Assembly: GCA_946546945.1 (NCBI GenBank) | Contig: CAMNOU010000012.1 | Location: forward strand, 24,014 to 88,013 | Length of the DNA stretch: 64,000 bases | From: an uncultured Lachnospiraceae bacterium | GTDB taxonomy: Bacteria; Bacillota; Clostridia; Lachnospirales; Lachnospiraceae | Direction of reading: 5' to 3' | Part shown: positions 60,441 to 64,000 of the stretch, one piece after another | Position numbering within the stretch: position 1 is the stretch's first letter | How the letters are laid out: each line of letters begins with the position of its first letter | Program-made: the position numbers and the translations under genes | Notes under the pieces: generated by a model | What the model was told of the DNA's origin: nothing | The model's database searches: none | What the model saw: only the letters and a program-made list of their open reading frames with translations

Positions 60441-61073
60441 TTACTGCTGCCCGGGAATGGTATACCGATTCAGCATTTCTGTAGCCTCGGCTATAAAATC
60501 TCTTCCGAAAGCAATCCTGTCATCCGGCCCCTTCACCATTACATCATACACACGGTCCATCAGATTATCTGTCACCAATGCATCACGGTCATTTTCCAGT
60601 TCAACCTCCTGTGTATTGACCTTCGCCGCATCCAGGATCGCACTTTTGGAAGGTTTCTGCTGTTTCACATCGCTCCGCGCGCTGCTGCCGGTTCTTTTGC
60701 CGCTGGTATGTTTCTGCCGGCTGTATGCCGGCGCAGTTTCCTCTGACGGCCTCTGATAAGAACGGCTCTGAGGCACATTCGGTTCCGGAACAGTTCTTCT
60801 GTCTGACGGGGCATTCGGTCTGGGCGCAGTCTTTTTGTTTTCCTGTACATTCGGTCTGGGCACAGCCTTTCTGTTTGTCTGCACATTCGGTCTGGCAGAA
60901 CGGGCAGTTTTTTTCACATTTTCGGTCTTTACAGATGCTGATTCCGCAGCTCGCGGCCGGGCCGGCCTGTCATTCGCTGCGTTTTTCTTTTGCGCAGACT
61001 GCATCCTCGATGAGACAACGAGCCTCGCAATCACAATAGCAAAAATCACAATGGCAACGATTGCCTGAGACAT
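60441..61073 (-). CDS. hypothetical membrane-anchored basic repeat protein
   Basis: 210 aa. N-terminal TM helix, a K/R/P-rich region with RPNVQxNxKxxP 12-aa repeats, and a ~65-aa C-terminal globular segment. AAGGAGG RBS. Confidence 0.6.
   Translation of the reverse strand: MSQAIVAIVIFAIVIARLVVSSRMQSAQKKNAANDRPARPRAAESASVKTENVKKTARSARPNVQTNRKAVPRPNVQENKKTAPRPNAPSDRRTVPEPNVPQSRSYQRPSEETAPAYSRQKHTSGKRTGSSARSDVKQQKPSKSAILDAAKVNTQEVELENDRDALVTDNLMDRVYDVMVKGPDDRIAFGRDFIAEATEMLNRYTIPGQQ
60776..60905. repeat. 36-nt tandem repeat (about 3.5 units) inside a CDS
   Basis: Units beginning cattcggtctgggc at 60812 and 60848, with degenerate units on both sides. Confidence 0.8.
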
Positions 61074-61146
61074 ATCTTTTCCTCCTTATAATATTTATAA
61101 TCAATCATACCTTCTTTCAGAACATCTGTAAAGACGTGTTTTAAGT

Positions 61147-61198
61147 TTCAAGTCTCGCTCGCCACTTAAGAAGTTGGGGTCTCTCACACTGAGATGAT
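61147..61198. repeat. intergenic repeat sharing segments with 26938-26962 and 16853-16877
   Basis: 61147-61162 is a 16/16 match to 26938-26953. 61179-61198 is a 20/20 match to 16858-16877. Confidence 0.8.
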
Positions 61199-61517
61199 AT
61201 ATTGTGTTATGCGTGTCTGTGAACAGGGAAACCTGATCACCAATTATCCGGACTGCAACCAGGTCGAATAATTCCTTGCGTCCTGCTGCCGGATATGATA
61301 TATTAAGAATGTAAAAGGAACAACCGCCCACAAAGTGGTTGACCAGATACTTAGATAGAAAATACCATCCCAGTGCTCAGTCAAAGTTTTGGGGTGGTTT
61401 TTTCTATGCCTTAATACATCATCGACAAGTCAAATAAATGAATGTCAGCAATGCCATGATGAATATACCGAACTGCATCAGATCATTAAGGTGTTGCTAT
61501 TCCGGCAGCAGCCTTTT

Positions 61518-61686
61518 ATCAAGTACGCCTCGGCGTACTTGCCGCGGCGCGCTTTCCGCTTGCGCGCCTGCGGTCCGCCGGAGGCTTCAATCTTCAGCGC
61601 AGGTATGAAACCCATGCTGAAGACGAAAATGTTAATTTGGCGCATTCCTCTCACGACTAAAGTCACGAGAATCCTGCGCTGAATAT
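61518..61686 (-). repeat. copy B (inverted) of the GC-rich structured repeat (candidate ncRNA)
   Basis: Core 61518-61588 matches the reverse complement of 47983-48054. Helices 61593-61603/61673-61683 and 61592-61598/61616-61622 mirror those of copy A with different sequence. A TATAAT on the minus strand lies at 61702-61707. Confidence 0.8.
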
Positions 61687-61791
61687 TGAAAGCGGCGGTT
61701 GATTATACAACTAACCGTGTCTGAAAAAACGTTTCCGGCAGACCCCTAACCCCTTATTGACCCACTTTCTGACCCACTTTTTACATGACAT

Positions 61792-61892
61792 CTAATAAAA
61801 CAAGAAAACACCTGTTATCACTCGTGTATGTTCACAAAGCCTTGATTTTCCTTGCTTTTTCAAACATTTCACGACATTTGACAACAGGTGTT
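61792..61892 (-). terminator. large-loop hairpin plus U-tract downstream of tRNA-Leu
   Basis: AACACCUGUU (61883-61892) pairs with AACAGGUGUU (61807-61816), followed by UUUUCUUGUUUUAUU on the minus strand. The loop is ~66 nt. Confidence 0.4.
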
Positions 61893-61901
61893 AAAACTTT
61901 A

Positions 61902-61981
61902 TGCGGATAACAGGACTCGAACCTGCACGGTCTCCCACTGGTACCTAAAACCAGCGCGTCTGCCAATTCCGCCATATCCGC
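61902..61981 (-). tRNA. tRNA-Leu (anticodon UAG)
   Basis: 80 nt. Acceptor GCGGAUA/UAUCCGC plus discriminator A, anticodon stem CUGGU/ACCAG with loop UUUAGGU, an 11-nt variable arm, and T-loop GGUUCGAGUCC. No CCA is encoded. Confidence 0.9.
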
Positions 61982-61993
61982 AAATACCCCTGT

Positions 61994-62022
61994 AGTATAG
62001 CGGATTTTTTTTACAATTGCAA
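61994..62022 (-). promoter_or_regulatory. sigma-A type promoter for tRNA-Leu
   Basis: Minus strand TTGCAA, 17-nt spacer, TATACT. It ends 12 nt before the tRNA 5' end. Confidence 0.55.
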
Positions 62023-62026
62023 CTGC

Positions 62027-62944
62027 TTATTTTGTGCTTTCCGCATCCATGTCCTGCTTCCCGCGCTCCAGAAACAGCGCTTCCTGTATTTCCGGAGTGA
62101 TCTGCCCGCTCTTCTTTACATGCGTCCCTATGATTTCTGACACATCACTGATCGTTATAAAAGCAGAGGTGTCAACGGAATTGATAATGCGCTTCAATTC
62201 AAAGATTTCAAACCGGCTTAAAACACAGTACATAACCACCTTTTTCCCGCTCACGAGTCCCTGACCATACATGACTGTGACCGTTCTTCCGAGTTCCTTA
62301 TAAATGCGGTCGGCAATCTCCTTTCCTTCATCCGTGATAATCATTGCTGCTTTCGCCTGCTCCAGTCCCGTCTCAACAAAATCAAGGACCTTCGATGTGA
62401 CGAAATATGTGAGCAGACTGTACATGGCGCGGTCAAATCCGAAGAGAAAGCCCGCAACGACATAGATAATCACATTAAAAATCAGGACGGTGCGTCCCAC
62501 CGGCAGGTTAAATTTCCGGTTCAGCAGGATCGCTACGGTCTCTGTCCCGTCGAGGCAGCCGCCGAAGCGGATCACCAGTCCTACTCCCACACCGAGAATA
62601 ACGCCGCCAAAGCAGACAGCGAGCAGATACTCATCTGTCATGTTTGTGAGCGGGGAGAACACTTCCAGAAAGACGGAGAAAATAACCATGGCAAAAGCCG
62701 ATTTTAAAATAAATGAATAGCCCATCTTTCTGGCGCCTGCAATCAGAAACGGAACATTAAAAACAATCGTCAGGATACTCAGCGAGACACCGGTCAGATT
62801 GTTGACCATTATGCCAATGCCGATTACCCCGCCATCCAGGATCAGGCAGGGAACCAGGAATTCCTCAATGGCAAAAGCCGCTATGATGGCTCCCAGCGCG
62901 ATCATACACAGGTTTAATACGATTTTCTTTCTAATCAAACGCAT
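62027..62944 (-). CDS. YitT-family membrane protein (DUF2179 C-terminal domain)
   Basis: 305 aa. Five to six TM segments with the GGVIGIGIM motif, plus a soluble C-terminal domain. Confidence 0.85.
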   Translation of the reverse strand: MRLIRKKIVLNLCMIALGAIIAAFAIEEFLVPCLILDGGVIGIGIMVNNLTGVSLSILTIVFNVPFLIAGARKMGYSFILKSAFAMVIFSVFLEVFSPLTNMTDEYLLAVCFGGVILGVGVGLVIRFGGCLDGTETVAILLNRKFNLPVGRTVLIFNVIIYVVAGFLFGFDRAMYSLLTYFVTSKVLDFVETGLEQAKAAMIITDEGKEIADRIYKELGRTVTVMYGQGLVSGKKVVMYCVLSRFEIFELKRIINSVDTSAFITISDVSEIIGTHVKKSGQITPEIQEALFLERGKQDMDAESTK

Positions 62945-62969
62945 AAAAAATACTCCTGATCTGCTGTTC

Positions 62970-64000
62970 TTACGGGCAGACCACTACTTTAATCGATTCG
63001 CTGCCCATCTGCATGCGGATGGCCTCTTCCATATAATCCAGATCAAAGCGGTGAGTGATCAGTTTCTTTAGCTCCAGCCGCCCGGAATTGATCAGATTTA
63101 CGGCCCGCTGATGCGTATCCGGATTAATCATGGATCCGCATATATGCAGTTCTTTTTTATAGATGTCAAAGAGCGGAAGCGGCACGGTTGCATCCACGGC
63201 CGGGACACTGAACAGGACAATGTTCGCATGAAAATCCGCTGCAGCGAATGCCTGCTCCACCGCAAACGGCTTCCCTACACATTCCAGTATGACATCCGCT
63301 CCGTTTCTGCCGCAGATTTCCCGGATTCTTTCCGGAACTTTCTCGCTGAGCGGATCAATCACGGCATCTGCACCGACCTCCAGTCCGATTTCCCTGCGCA
63401 TCGCGATCGGCTCACTTAAAATAACTGCAGCGGCTCCGGACAGTTTTGCCATCTGGACCATCAGAAGCCCGATTGTTCCGCCTCCGATGACCAGAACGAC
63501 CTGGCCCGGGCGGATCTGTGCCTTATCAATACCGTGGATCACACATGCCAGAGGCTCCGCCATGGCAGCCTCCTCAAAGCTGATCCTCTCATCCACAGCA
63601 AAGCACTGTGTCTCCGGGCAAAGAGAATACTCCGCAAAACCGCCGTTTACATTTACGCCCAGCGCAAACAGGTGCTCACAATTCTGCTTGCTTCCCATGC
63701 GGCAGGGCATGCAGGTACCGCAGTACATGTTCGGATCAATTGCCACATGATCACCGGGTTTCACCAGTGTGACTTCTTCGCCAACCGCTTCCACTATGCC
63801 GGAAAACTCATGTCCGAGAACAACCGGCGGCGTCACCTCAGCCGACCCGGCTTCTCCGTGATAGATATGCACATCCGTTCCACATACACCGCATGCTTTA
63901 TTGCGCACCAGGACCTCACGCGGCCCCGGCGCACGCAGTGTCATTTCTCTGACCTCAAATTTCGGTTCCGCATCCGGACCGATAAAAAAGGCTCCTCTCA
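62970..64000 (-). CDS. zinc-dependent alcohol/polyol dehydrogenase (MDR family), 5' end beyond window
   Basis: GHEFSG zinc motif, structural-zinc Cys cluster, and Rossmann motif VIGGGTIG. The frame stays open upstream of the track ATG (63944) to nt 64000 (GAFFIGPDAEPKFEVRE). Confidence 0.88.
   Translation of the reverse strand, partial: RGAFFIGPDAEPKFEVREMTLRAPGPREVLVRNKACGVCGTDVHIYHGEAGSAEVTPPVVLGHEFSGIVEAVGEEVTLVKPGDHVAIDPNMYCGTCMPCRMGSKQNCEHLFALGVNVNGGFAEYSLCPETQCFAVDERISFEEAAMAEPLACVIHGIDKAQIRPGQVVLVIGGGTIGLLMVQMAKLSGAAAVILSEPIAMRREIGLEVGADAVIDPLSEKVPERIREICGRNGADVILECVGKPFAVEQAFAAADFHANIVLFSVPAVDATVPLPLFDIYKKELHICGSMINPDTHQRAVNLINSGRLELKKLITHRFDLDYMEEAIRMQMGSESIKVVVCP

Overview
Gene-dense chromosomal segment, coded almost entirely on the minus strand, from a spore-forming Clostridia (Lachnospiraceae-like) genome. 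Most of it is housekeeping: carAB, serS, glyA, cysK, secDF, folC-valS, hisC plus a DAHP synthase, mtnA-udp, trkAH, znuACB, and tig-clpP-clpX-lon-engB. Sporulation genes are also present: spoIIAA-spoIIAB-sigF followed by spoVAA-AB-AC, and an alpha/beta SASP. Accessory content includes a SCIFF ribosomal-peptide locus (46-aa six-Cys precursor plus radical-SAM/SPASM maturase), a MacB-type ABC exporter with two membrane-fusion proteins, a P1B-type ATPase with FSC in place of the CPC motif, one tRNA-Leu(UAG), and several small unannotated ORFs. The least-explained signal is non-coding. Two inverted copies of a ~170-nt GC-rich element lie at 47887-48054 and 61518-61686. They share a ~93% identical 72-nt core and divergent flanks whose helices, including a mutually exclusive pair, are kept by compensatory changes. 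A shorter palindromic module recurs in four other intergenic sites, including the valS leader, which has no recognisable T-box. All calls rest on reading the sequence and ORF translations by eye; no database search was run. Coordinates derived by hand, especially near homopolymer runs, may be off by 1-2 nt.
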